A DNA stretch of 63,341 bases, the filler included, from Octopus bimaculoides (taxonomy: Eukaryota): assembly GCF_001194135.2 (NCBI RefSeq). It is 5 parts of 5 records of this genome, joined end to end, with 100 filler letters (N's around TTAATTAATTAA, not from the genome) between each part and the next. Parts side by side here need not be neighbours in the genome. Positions count along the whole stretch, not along the records: positions 32,627 to 60,194 come from NC_068993.1; positions 60,295 to 63,341 come from NW_026339235.1; 3 more parts are not named here. One strand, written 5' to 3'. The notes under the pieces were generated by a model that did no database searches, was not told where the DNA came from, and saw only the letters and a list, made by a program, of their open reading frames with translations. Of the stretch, positions 51,915 to 63,341 are shown piece after piece; the first letter of the stretch is position 1; each line of letters opens with the position of its first letter. The position numbers and the translations under genes are program-made.

Positions 51915-52325
51915 TAACAAGCTTGCTTCCCAACCACATGGTTCTGGGTTCAGTTCCATTATGTGGCACTTTGGGCAAGTGTCTTCCACTATAGCCTCAA
52001 CCAGACCAAAGCCTAGTGGGTGGGTTTGGTAGATGGAAACTGAAAGAAGCCTGTTGTATGTATACATGTATGTATGTATGTATGTATGTATGTATATATG
52101 TATCTATGTGTGTGTCTGTGTTTGTCCCCCCTCTCAACCTGCCATTGCTTGACAACCGATGTTGGTGTGTTTATGTCTCCATAACTTAGCAGTTCGGTAA
52201 AAGAAACTGATAGAATAAGTACTAGGCTTATAAAGAATAAGTCCTGGGGTAGATTTGCTTGACTAAAACCCTTTAAGGCTGTGCTCCAGCAAGGCTGCAG
52301 TCAAATGACAGAAGCAAGTAAAAGA
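51915..52325 (+). mobile_element. SINE family A, near full length
   Basis: All modules present. Confidence 0.9.
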
Positions 52326-52345
52326 ATATATATATATGTGTTTAT

Positions 52346-52378
<33 letters not shown>

Positions 52379-52664
52379 CACACACACTCACTATATAAAC
52401 ACATACATACATACATACATACATACATACATACATNNNNNNNNNNNNNNNNNNNNNNNNNNNNNNNNNNNNNNNNNNNNNNNNNNNNNNNNNNNNNNNN
52501 NNNNNNNNNNNNNNNNNNNNNNNNNNNNNNNNNNNNNNNNNNNNNNNNNNNNNNNNNNNNNNNNNNNNNNNNNNNNNNNNNNNNNNNNNNNNNNNNNNNN
52601 NNNNNNNNNNNNNNNNNNNNNNNNNNNNNNNNNNNNNNNNNNNNNNNNNNNNNNNNNNNNNNNN

Positions 52665-52720
<56 letters not shown>

Positions 52721-53317
52721 AATGCACCACAGGTTTGCTTGCCAGGTGTTTGACCATAACCAGTTGAACATGTCCCTTAGTGGCTGACAATATGTTAGCC
52801 CTAATACAGCAGAACTTGAGCATAAACCCTCAAATTTAAGACAAGTTTATATAGTCAATCAAATCAACCTACAGGAATCAATTGGAACTTATTTATCATC
52901 CACCCCATCCCTTTGCCCTGCTAACACAGGAGGACGAAAGGCAAAGTCAATTATTAATATCAATTGATATTAAAATATATTTTCTTGTCATCTATCTCCC
53001 TTGTTACATGAATTTCAACATATATGAACACATGTATTTTCCTTGATCTGCCCACGTACTGCAAGCAATATCTTTACATATTAACTGAACAGTGTTGGTT
53101 ATTGAAATAAAAAAAAAAGATATGTGATTAAGTATGCATATAACACTAATTAGAAAATATTCAACACTGTTAAAGCATTTGATTTTTCATCGGTCGTATG
53201 TCATTTTAATTTTAATGAAATTTCCAAAGAAATTAACTCTAGTAAAACGAATTAGACTATGCTAAAATAAACTACATCTTACAAAACTGGCTTTATGCAT
53301 GTATAGCAGATGGAATT

Positions 53318-53410
<93 letters not shown>

Positions 53411-53427
53411 TTTTATATATATTTATA

Positions 53428-53590
53428 CATAGGAGCAGGCATGGCTGTATGGTAAGAAGTTGCTTCTCAAATACATGATTTGGGGTTCAGTCCTGTGTGG
53501 CACCTTGAGCAAGTGTCTTCTACTATAGCATTAGACAAGCCAAAACCTTATGGGTGGATTTGGTTGATGGAAACTGAAAGAAACCTATCA
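53428..53590 (+). mobile_element. SINE family A, 5' half
   Basis: ggagcaggcatggctgtatggtaagaag..ggggttcagtcc..ccttgagcaagtgtcttctactatagc. Confidence 0.85.
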
Positions 53591-54104
53591 TTTTATATAT
53601 ATATATATACAAGGAAAATAAGACAAGATAGAAAATGCTAAAATAATTTTATCATGAAGAATATTTTAGTATTGGTTTCAGTCTTTGTGGCTTTTTCAAC
53701 TTCCTGTACTTATCGCTCGTGTGTCAACATAATTTTTGCTCGGTTATGTCCTGTACTTGATGTATCTTATATTTATTCATATTCATATATACAGATAAGT
53801 ATTCCTTGTTGCAAAAAAAAAAAAAACACATTAAACCACAAACAAACCTAGGGGAGGTGATGCAATTCAGCAGAGGAATTGGTTTATTTCATTAAATTGT
53901 TGACTATCACAGATGTATCATCTTCTCATTCGATTGCTGCAGAGTTCTAATTGAAGATTGCTCAGTCATTACTCACAGGTCTAAATGCATTGATTTTAAC
54001 TTCAAATTGATGTGTTTTGTTTTATTTTAAAATTACTTTTACTATTTTAATTTTCTTCCACTTTTTGCTTTGCTATAGATTCCTTTAGAAAGCAATTTCT
54101 ACCT

Positions 54105-54375
54105 TCAGCTCTTTAGGACTTAAAAATATCTATCGATATCCACCTCAATAAAACTAATTTGTTAGATGTTTCCTTAGATTTTAAAACTAATTCTTATAAA
54201 CCCTTCCACAAACCTAATAAGAACCTTAACTATATTAATAAACACTCCTGTTATCCATATATTGTATTTAAAAACTTAATTTCAAATATTAACCATAAGA
54301 TTACATGCTTTTCTTCTTCTAAAGAAATATTCGAAAAGGTTGTCCCATATTATAATAAGGCCCTGCAGGATCTTC
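54105..54375 (+). mobile_element. Penelope-like element RT thumb fragment
   Basis: LLDVSLDFKTNSYKPFHKPNKNLNYINKHSCYP..SSSKEIFEKVVPYYNKAL matches the PLE FLDVxLDL..YKPY.KPN..YIN..SNHP..LSS..IF....YxxAL pattern. Confidence 0.8.
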
Positions 54376-54417
54376 TACAACCTTCCACCTTCTCTATCAT
54401 CTAGTCATAAGAATAGA

Positions 54418-54715
54418 CAGGCCTGGATTAAGACCCATCGAGGCCCCAAGCACTTAAAAGATTTTGGTGCCCCCATAAAGGATTATGTCATTCAAAATAT
54501 AAACAATAACAAACCATAAAATAAATTTTTATTCTTCAAAACGAAACAAAACAGTAAGAGGGAAAATAATGTTTATTTTTGTAGACTTCCACTTTATTTA
54601 TATTTGAAAAGTTTCCTCCTACTTTTTTGAATTGCAAAGTTTTTGGTCAGATCCTCAAAATTAGTTTTAGGTAACACATCTGCATGTATACTTATGGTAA
54701 CTTCTGCTGAGTGTC
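54418..54715 (-). mobile_element. hAT transposon 3' end (transposase C-terminus and TIR)
   Basis: Minus reading ADVLPKTNFEDLTKNFAIQKSRRKLF resembles hAT dimerisation-domain ends; terminus CAGGCCTGGATTAAGAC. Confidence 0.6.
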
Positions 54716-55195
<480 letters not shown>

Positions 55196-56185
55196 TAAAA
55201 GAACCGTTTTTGTGTCACAAAAGGTCTGAAAATTTAGTAGTAATATGACTGGTAGTCGTAGTTCTGTAGAATTAGCTTTGTATGAATTACTAAAAACCCA
55301 TTCTAAAAATTAGAAATCAGAAAGAATACAAAAACCAGTTAATTCACAAATTACGGCTCAATACTTTGGCTCCCATACTTATACCAAAAACAGGGGTCAC
55401 TAGTTTGCTTTACCCATAAGATGTTATAAAAAGGTCCTTGCTAACTGATATGCATGATAATTATTAGATTCAGGTTCACTAATGGATACGTAATTACCAG
55501 CGAATATAAATGCTTTTTGGAGTAAATGTTTTGGTAATGAAGCAGAGAGAAATCAATAATATTGAACTGAGTGAATTTGTGTTGGTATTAATTGTTAATG
55601 CTGTTAAGCCAATTCATTATGGAAATGCTATTGTTCTATAAGGGTAGAATAGGGAACTATTTTAATTTGAAGGGATTTTTTTTGTGTGTAAGATCTCTTT
55701 ATTAACAATATCTAATTGTCTGTTAGAAGAATTGATAATTCTAGTTAATAGGTTTATAAATTAACTTTATGTTTTTTGAATGTTATATATCGTTTATATG
55801 CTAAAATTTCATTTTCTTGTTTTTTTTTTGTGGTTATTTCTTTGTCTTCTAAATTAATCAGATGCATTATATTCTTAATTGTTGTTGCTGTTCTAAAGCT
55901 ATTAAATGCAAAGAACAAAAAAAAATCAAAAACAAAAGAGAAAAAAATGTTTAGCATATGGGATAGCTCATTTCATATAAATTCATTGTTGTTTGAAACT
56001 ATATGGATATTTTTAGTATCAAAGAGCTATCTTCAATTAAAAAAAATATATATATATATCATTCTTCTTTTTGTTTAGATTGTGTATGTGTACTAAAATG
56101 CACCCGGTTCTTTACTGAACATTTATAGGAATGTGCACATACACACACACACATATCTATATATTTATATATTTGTATACACATA

Positions 56186-56238
<53 letters not shown>

Positions 56239-56400
56239 ATATATAATGTAAACAGAGTTAGCAGTTGTAATAACTGACTAAGGGATAAAATATCCGTATA
56301 TACAATCGGTATCCATTACCCATGGGCATTGGTGTGCAGGCACACTATGCTCATAGAGTGCTGGTAACAACAGGATAAACAAGAGTTTATCAGGAACCAA

Positions 56401-56988
56401 ATACAAATAATCAGAAAATAGGGAAAACTTCAGATTAACAAGCACTTTGATTGGACCACATTTATAGCTCATTTTTTAATATAAAGCATGGCATAACAAA
56501 TAGGTGACGTAACAAATCTTACGGCTGTTTCTGCATCTGTTGCCAAATACTCTCTATAAATAATTGCAAGAATGAAATTCTTCATCTTCATAGGACATTC
56601 GAATTAAGATACGGAGCTTCATCAGAGTAAAAAGCAAGAACATCCAATATAAACAAAGGGAAGGAGGAATCGGAAAGAAACATGGCTTCTTGACTTCTTT
56701 TCTAGGCCATGTTTTCTTTTCTTTCCTTCTTCGCTTTGTTAATATTGGATGTTCTTGTTTTTTACTCTGATGAAGCTCCGTGCCTTAATTCGAATGTCCT
56801 ATGAAGATGAAGAATTTTATTTCTGCAATTATTTATAGACAGCAGTTGGCAATGGATGCGGAAACGGCCGTAAGATTTGTTACATCACCTATTTGTTATG
56901 TCATGCTTTGTATTAAAAAACAAGCTATAAATGTGGTCCAATCGATGTGTTTGTTAATCTGAGATTTTCTCCATTTTCTGATTATTTG

Positions 56989-56991
<3 letters not shown>
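56401..56991. mobile_element. ~590-bp foldback element with HHR-like cores in both arms
   Basis: ~290-bp arms are reverse complements around ~56696; right arm CTGATGA (56767-73)..GAAACggccGTA (56861-72). Confidence 0.8.
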
Positions 56992-57033
<42 letters not shown>

Positions 57034-57159
57034 ATATAGATAGATAGATATTTATATAGATACATATGTGTTCATGTCTCTCTCTCTACACACGTGCTTA
57101 TATAATCTATATATTTATATGCATGTATATGTGTGTATATATATGTGTGTGTGTGTATA

Positions 57160-57209
<50 letters not shown>

Positions 57210-58587
57210 TATAGATAGATATGTACACACACATACACATACACACAGTCACACACATATGAGTTCTGTAATTACACACACACACATACTGTTGATGTAT
57301 CTTTTTCGTGTCTTGAATCTTTGTCTGCTGTATACTATCACCACATAAACATGCAACAATATTTACACATATGTCAACGATAGCAACAGTAGCCCTCAAT
57401 CCATTTCTTATTCCAAGCATTTACTTCATATACCCACTGTATTGATACTATTAATTGTAGTAATGTTGATAATGATTGCTTGCAGTGATTCACTGGGGAG
57501 TTGGAAATAATTGAGAATCAACTGGAAGCTAAAATATTGAGTTACGTATAAGAATCTTTTGATTGTTGCCAAGCAATGGTGCAGATTTGCTTCTTCCTTT
57601 CAGCTGCAGAAGGCAGACACCAACCAGAAGATTCATCTTTAAAACAACTCTTCTGCTTTTTGTGAGGCCAACAACTCCAGTATGGTCACCATGAAATCAG
57701 CATGATGCAAAGATTCCTAGAAAATATTGTGGAAATGTTGGAATGGAGGCAAGTGCAAGTGTGACATGTGCACAGGGATGGTTTTAAGCCTATTAGACAG
57801 ATTTGTTCAAATTGGGCCCTGTGCTAAGAGAGGGCTCCATGCACATGCTCAACTTGTAATAAAACATCAAAACTTTCATATGAGCTTTCAATTTTTAGTG
57901 TATCATTCTGGTTAATGATGGAGTCTCAATGCTTTTTGGCTGGGACTGGGGTACCACATGAAGCATAATACACCAATCTTCAGCTTTTGAAGAGTAGAGG
58001 GCCCCACTGACAATTCTCTAGTTGGGCCACACACTTTCTAGCACTGACCTACATGTGCCAGAAGCAGATGGAAAAGAGCCTTAGCTAGACTGATGGCAGA
58101 CAAGGAACTAAGAAGGAATTCTTTGAGCTGGTAAGCGAGATGGGGTAAGCAGATTAGGCATGTTAGTAGCAGAGGAATTAATAGATAAGGTAACTGAGGG
58201 AGTCGGATTATGTGATTGAATAATTATACTTAAGCTTGTGTTGAACAAATCTATTGAAACTTGATCTTAGCATATGTTGTATAGAGCTAACAGAAGGACT
58301 GCTTTTATGAGATCTTTCTGCAGACTTCCTACTAGAATAAATGTTAGCAACCTCATTATTGTGGTCAAGGATTTTAAAGGATAATGGAAACAGGAGTCTC
58401 TCAGACATACATGAAGGTCATGGTTATGGTACAAGAATTAAAAGGATTAAGGCTCTTGGAGTTCTGAGATATGAATTACTTAATCATTTACAATACAAGC
58501 TACAGGAATGCAGACAACCATTGGATCCCCTCTCAATCAAACAATTACAGAAACTAGAAAAAGGGACAGATGGTTTGGAACACTTAG

Positions 58588-58629
<42 letters not shown>

Positions 58630-59439
58630 GAAGAATGTACCACACAACAGTGATGAGGGCATCAAAATAAGGGCTAGATGGAATAAGAAATAAAAGAAAA
58701 TCTTACGAAGGAGGACATGGAAGTTGAATCATTACGAAATATTCATTGAGATATAGGACAAGAAAGGTGAAGAGATAGAAAATTATAACAGAGAGGGTAC
58801 CATGGATTTCTTGGAGAAGAACATTTGCTGAGGGCTACAAACAAGATCTTTGGTTAGTACTAGGTCTTGATAAAAAGAAAATAGCGACATAATGGTAAAA
58901 TAGTTCTATAGACAGAGATTAATTTGAAGAGGCACAACTAAAGAGACTGGAAGATGAAATAGCAAAAACCGGTACCAAGTAGCAAGAAGAAAATATCAGG
59001 TATATATAATCGGACTAAAAGCTTGAATTAAATATTCCTGAGATATTCTGGATTGCAAAATATGGTATTAGAGAAAAATCAGGATGCCAACATGGAGAAG
59101 TGTGATGGTTATTACTAGAACATTTTGGTTATTGGTCTGCATAATTAAGGCTGACATGAAGTCAAGCAACAACAGCTATAATCACGTCAACAACACCCCA
59201 ACAACAATCATGTCAACAACGACATCATCAATAAGAAAAGCAATTGCAGAAAGAGTAGTAGCACTGTAGCAGATGTATTCATTGCAAATCTTAATTCCTC
59301 AAAGGGTCATGTTGCATCAATCTAACCCAAAACCTGAAATTTCAGAAGCTGCTGCATGTGTGCAATTTAATATCTATATAATTTTGCAGCAAGCTATAAA
59401 CCTTACAATATGTGTGTGTGTGTGTGTGCATGTGTGCAT

Positions 59440-60020
59440 ATATACATTGACATATACTTGTCTGTGTTTGTCATGCTTGTGCGTCTGTGTTTGTACCCCC
59501 ACTGTCACTTGACAACTGGTGTTGGTGTGTTCATGTCCCCTGTAACTTAGTGGTTTGGCAAAAGAGACTGATAGAATAAGTACTAGGCTTACAAAGAATA
59601 ACACAGCTATATATTTAAGAGATGAAGAATTATGTACATTATTTACATTCGAAGGGCATATAGCGTAGTGGTTAAGAACACGGGCTACTAACCTCAGGAT
59701 TCCGAGTGTGATTCCAAGCAGTGACCTGAACAATAACAACAATAATAATAATAATAATAATAATATTAATAACAACAACGAAAAATACCTTAGGAATGAG
59801 AACCCAGGTTCGAAATTTCCCCAAGACACCTGAAAAAGGCTGAAGGGTATATCAGCCAAGACGTTAACAACAAACAAGATGAGGTCAAATACCTGTCAAA
59901 TGTAAATAATGTAAATAATGTAAATAATATTGCAAAGAATAAGTCCTGGGGTGGGTTTGTTCAACTAAAGGCAATGCTCCAGCATTGCTGCAGTCAGATG
60001 ACTGACAAAAGTAAAAGTAT
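59440..60020 (+). mobile_element. SINE family A 3' half, split by the 59602-59930 insertion
   Basis: ..ggcttacaaagaataa | insert | caaagaataagtcctgggg.. Confidence 0.8.
59602..59930 (+). mobile_element. tRNA-headed non-coding retroelement with inverted 5' copy of its own 3' end and a degenerate HHR-like motif
   Basis: A-box TAGCGTAGTGG, B-box-like gagtgtgattcc, (AAT)n linker, ggctg/cagcc hairpin in an HHR-like context, (AATGTAAAT)n end; 10-bp TSD caaagaataa. Confidence 0.75.
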
Positions 60021-60157
60021 AAAAGAATATGCATATATAATATATACACATATATGAGTATATCTATATCAAACTATCTCTCTGTCTATATCTCTCACTC
60101 TCTATTTATCTATGTATGTATATATATATGTATATATGGGTATATATATATATATTC

Positions 60158-60194
<37 letters not shown>

Positions 60195-61199
60195 NNNNNN
60201 NNNNNNNNNNNNNNNNNNNNNNNNNNNNNNNNNNNNNNTTAATTAATTAANNNNNNNNNNNNNNNNNNNNNNNNNNNNNNNNNNNNNNNNNNNNATGTAT
60301 ATATATGTATGTATAAATATGTATATATATGTATATATATATATATAACAATAAATAAATATGTATATATATGTGTACGTATGTATGTGTGTATATGTAT
60401 AGATATACATACAAAAATATATACATATATATATTCACACATACGCATACTTGCGTATGTATATATAGTATATGTATATATATTTATTCATATATAAATA
60501 TGTATATATATATACATATATATGTGTGTGCGTGTGTGTGTGTGCGTGTATTGTATTTATGTATGTATACACTCCAACATTTACATTTTTAATTATTTAC
60601 CACTCCAATATTTTCAAAGTACTTTTGATATGGTTCTACGTGAATATTCTCCACAAAACTGACATTCAAATATTAATATTTAAACAAGTTAGCAAATATG
60701 GTAAAAACTAATAAAAAATGATAATGTACATCATGAAGGAATAAAGCAAAAAAATAATAATGGATGGTAATTTAAAGCGTCTGAGTTTCGTGAACGAATG
60801 TGTATGAGTGTGTGTATATGTGTGTGAGAGAGTGGAAAGCATAGTTGATGATGTGTGTGGTCGTCATAAAAAATGCAAAAGTAACATAAATAATGTAAAT
60901 AACTTAGTTGAGTTGCAACATGTGAAAGGAAAGCGTAAAAAACTCTAAATGATTTAGATGTCGCTTTGTTAAAGAAAGGTAACAAAGATCTATCGAGAAT
61001 TGCAAATGTCTCTCAAAGCATTGTGAAAAAAATATTCAAGAAGCTACAAACACATTTCATACAAAAATTGTTTTTACAGTCTTACAAAGAATAAAATAAT
61101 ATTAGAAAATTCCGTGAATAACATTCACATGTTTCTATTCAATTAGACGTCACCAGCGAAACATACGTTTCTCAAGACATAATTTATATAAAATATAGG

Positions 61200-61400
61200 T
61201 TTTAAATTCTGGCACATGATCAGCAAGTTTGTGGGGAGCGGATTAAATCGATTACATCAAACCAAGTGTTTATCAGGTACTTATTTTATTGACACCGAAT
61301 AAAAAAAAAAATCGTACTCGGCAGAACGTGACGACGAACATAACGCCATTCAGCATTTTACACAGCGTGTGAATAATTCTGTCAGCTCAACGCCTTAGAT
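61200..61400 (-). mobile_element. SINE family B, degenerate
   Basis: aggtacttattttattgac..cagcattt..aattctgtcagctcaacgcctt is the reverse complement of head and centre. Confidence 0.6.
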
Positions 61401-62714
61401 TATATAAAATATTCAAAAGTAAGGTTAATTTGCTAAAGAAAGCTACTATAAGCTTTAAAATTAAGATTGAAATTAAAATGAAAGCAAAGACAATACTTTA
61501 CACTTTCCATGTGAATATATGTTAAAACACTTTTGTTCGAAATTTCGATGCATTCTATAACTGCGGGTAGCATTGATATTTAGACAACGTAACTTCTAAT
61601 AGATTCATATGTTGCCTTGAAATGCGTCTTGTATTTGTTCAGCTAGGTCTCTATCAGTTTTCCTCACTAGCTGCTCGGAGGATAAGGCGATTTAGTGACC
61701 GACACTCGGGTATACACCATAATCTGTTGGATTCTATGGTTTTAATAGCTTAAGAACGCGTGTATACCAATGCACGCGCACGTACACTCATGCACACGTA
61801 CAAACGTATGCGTAGGCGCGTGCACGCTTGTACGAGTGGAAAGAGAAAGGACACTTTGTAATCATATAGATCGCTGATATTTGTGTTGTTGGATTGGTTT
61901 ATTAATTTCATTGCAGCCGTTTGATGACTGGCATAATATCAAGTTTTCTTTGAGATGCAATCACGTCTCACATTTCATAATGTATTAGAATACCTAATGT
62001 AAATTTATGGCTTTGTAAACCGTCACTAGATTACACACCCATCCGTTAATTTTCGCTGCCAACTATTTATAAAGTCCTCAGGCAGTTTCTCCATAGGATC
62101 TTCACTCAAGCAACCGTCATTAAACTTCTCTGAAACTTGTCCAACTAAGACTCTGGATATTATCTAATCACCTCGCTCGTCGTCTACACTTAGGTCTCTC
62201 GAGAGCTTGCACGGCCTGGGGAATCTGTCTCCTGATGTCTTCTTGCGGCATTTTAACATCTGGAGTCACATTTAGGTGTACATATTGAGCAATATAATTA
62301 GTCACAGTTTAAGTCAATTAGCATAGTGTAAATAAAACTCAACTTGTACATTTGTGTGTAAATCTATTGCAGTATTATTCATGTCATTTCAGTATTTCGA
62401 TGGTTATATAGAGTTATTACGTATATAGAGTTATTATGTCTAAGGATCTATCTATTTTAGCACTAGAACAGGTTTAGATGCAGTACAGTAGAATCATTAC
62501 AATCATAATGTGTCAGAATCGACCTCAATGTCTGTCAGTTTGGGTATGTGTCTTTTAATATTGCCTCAGATTAGTGCAAAATCTTTTACTTGTTTGGGAT
62601 GGGAATTTGAGTTAGTTTCCCTTCGACCGTAAAATATAAGGCTGAAAACATAGTAGCTAAGAGTCGGTGGTACAGCTCCTCAATTCGGAGAGGGTTGTAC
62701 TTTCCTAGTCGACA

Positions 62715-63120
62715 AGAGAGACTAACATTTAGTTATTCGGATCTAGAATTTAATAGTCTGTAAAGGACCTGGGCTTTCAGCTACGCATAGCTTATATTTT
62801 TTGATCCGTTAATATATGGTTTGTTTGTTTGTTGTTTTATCAGTTTTCAATATACCATATTTGTTGTGGCGTTAGATTTCAAACCCTTATGTGGCTAGGT
62901 ATGTTAATACCTTTACTTTTGTTCTTGCGTCCCAAGGGAGATATGTGATTATCATTTCGTATTGCTGTAACCTCTGCCTCATAAATGACGGATTTAACCA
63001 TACATTCCTAGTCGAGTGGACAGGTTCCTATGTCACGACAGTTACAAATGGCAGTGGGCTTTTGGTGTTGTTCCTGTGTAATGATGTTTTTCATATAGGA
63101 GTATCAGCTACAAGTTGAAT
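62715..63120 (-). mobile_element. Penelope-like element fragment (Zn-linker/GIY-YIG), related to the 16930-17345 fragment
   Basis: YSYMKNIITQ..CNCRDIGTCPLD*ECMVKSVIYEAEVT..KPYINGSKKYKLCV..LNSRSE. Confidence 0.8.
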
Positions 63121-63341
63121 ATTTATGCATATATATGTATATGAATCTTAGTATTTCGTATTTCATGTTGTTTACGTTTTATGACTTTTTGTACCCATAT
63201 ATGCATGTATATATACATATATATGTAAGTATATTCATATATATATAATTTATATCGTGATATGATTGAACGCTACGCACCCGTTTCCATGTAAGTATAT
63301 ATATATATGTATATATATATATATGTATATGTATATATATA

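Noticed and set aside
58200-58760. Possible RTE-type LINE C-terminal remnant (ORF 58341-58670)
   Set aside because: No diagnostic motif could be aligned convincingly by eye.

Overview
AT-rich, microsatellite-dense, gap-ridden eukaryotic DNA. The tRNA-derived SINE families and repeat landscape point to an octopod cephalopod (Octopus-like); this is an inference. No host protein-coding exon could be identified with confidence, and nearly all long ORFs in the track come from N-gaps or simple repeats. Recognisable content: many tRNA-derived SINEs (at least 3 families with shuffled heads and tails); decayed retroelements (R4-type RLE non-LTR, CR1/L2-type LINE end, Ty3/Gypsy gag with PBS, four Penelope-like fragments); mariner and hAT remnants; Tigger-, hAT- and Merlin-like MITEs; a U6 snRNA retrocopy fused to a SINE/LINE 3' tail; and a 4.2-kb block of TTAGGG repeats plus a 10-bp satellite. 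The most notable unexplained structure is a recurring set of minimal hammerhead-ribozyme (HHR)-like motifs, mostly with degenerate cores. They occur in foldback (palindromic) elements, in a Penelope-like 3' end, and in a tRNA-headed non-coding element whose 5' end is an inverted copy of its own 3' end. This suggests a Penelope-driven, ribozyme-bearing family of non-autonomous elements. Four 100-bp spacers (N44-TTAATTAATTAA-N44) are scaffolding joins, so adjacency across them is unproven.
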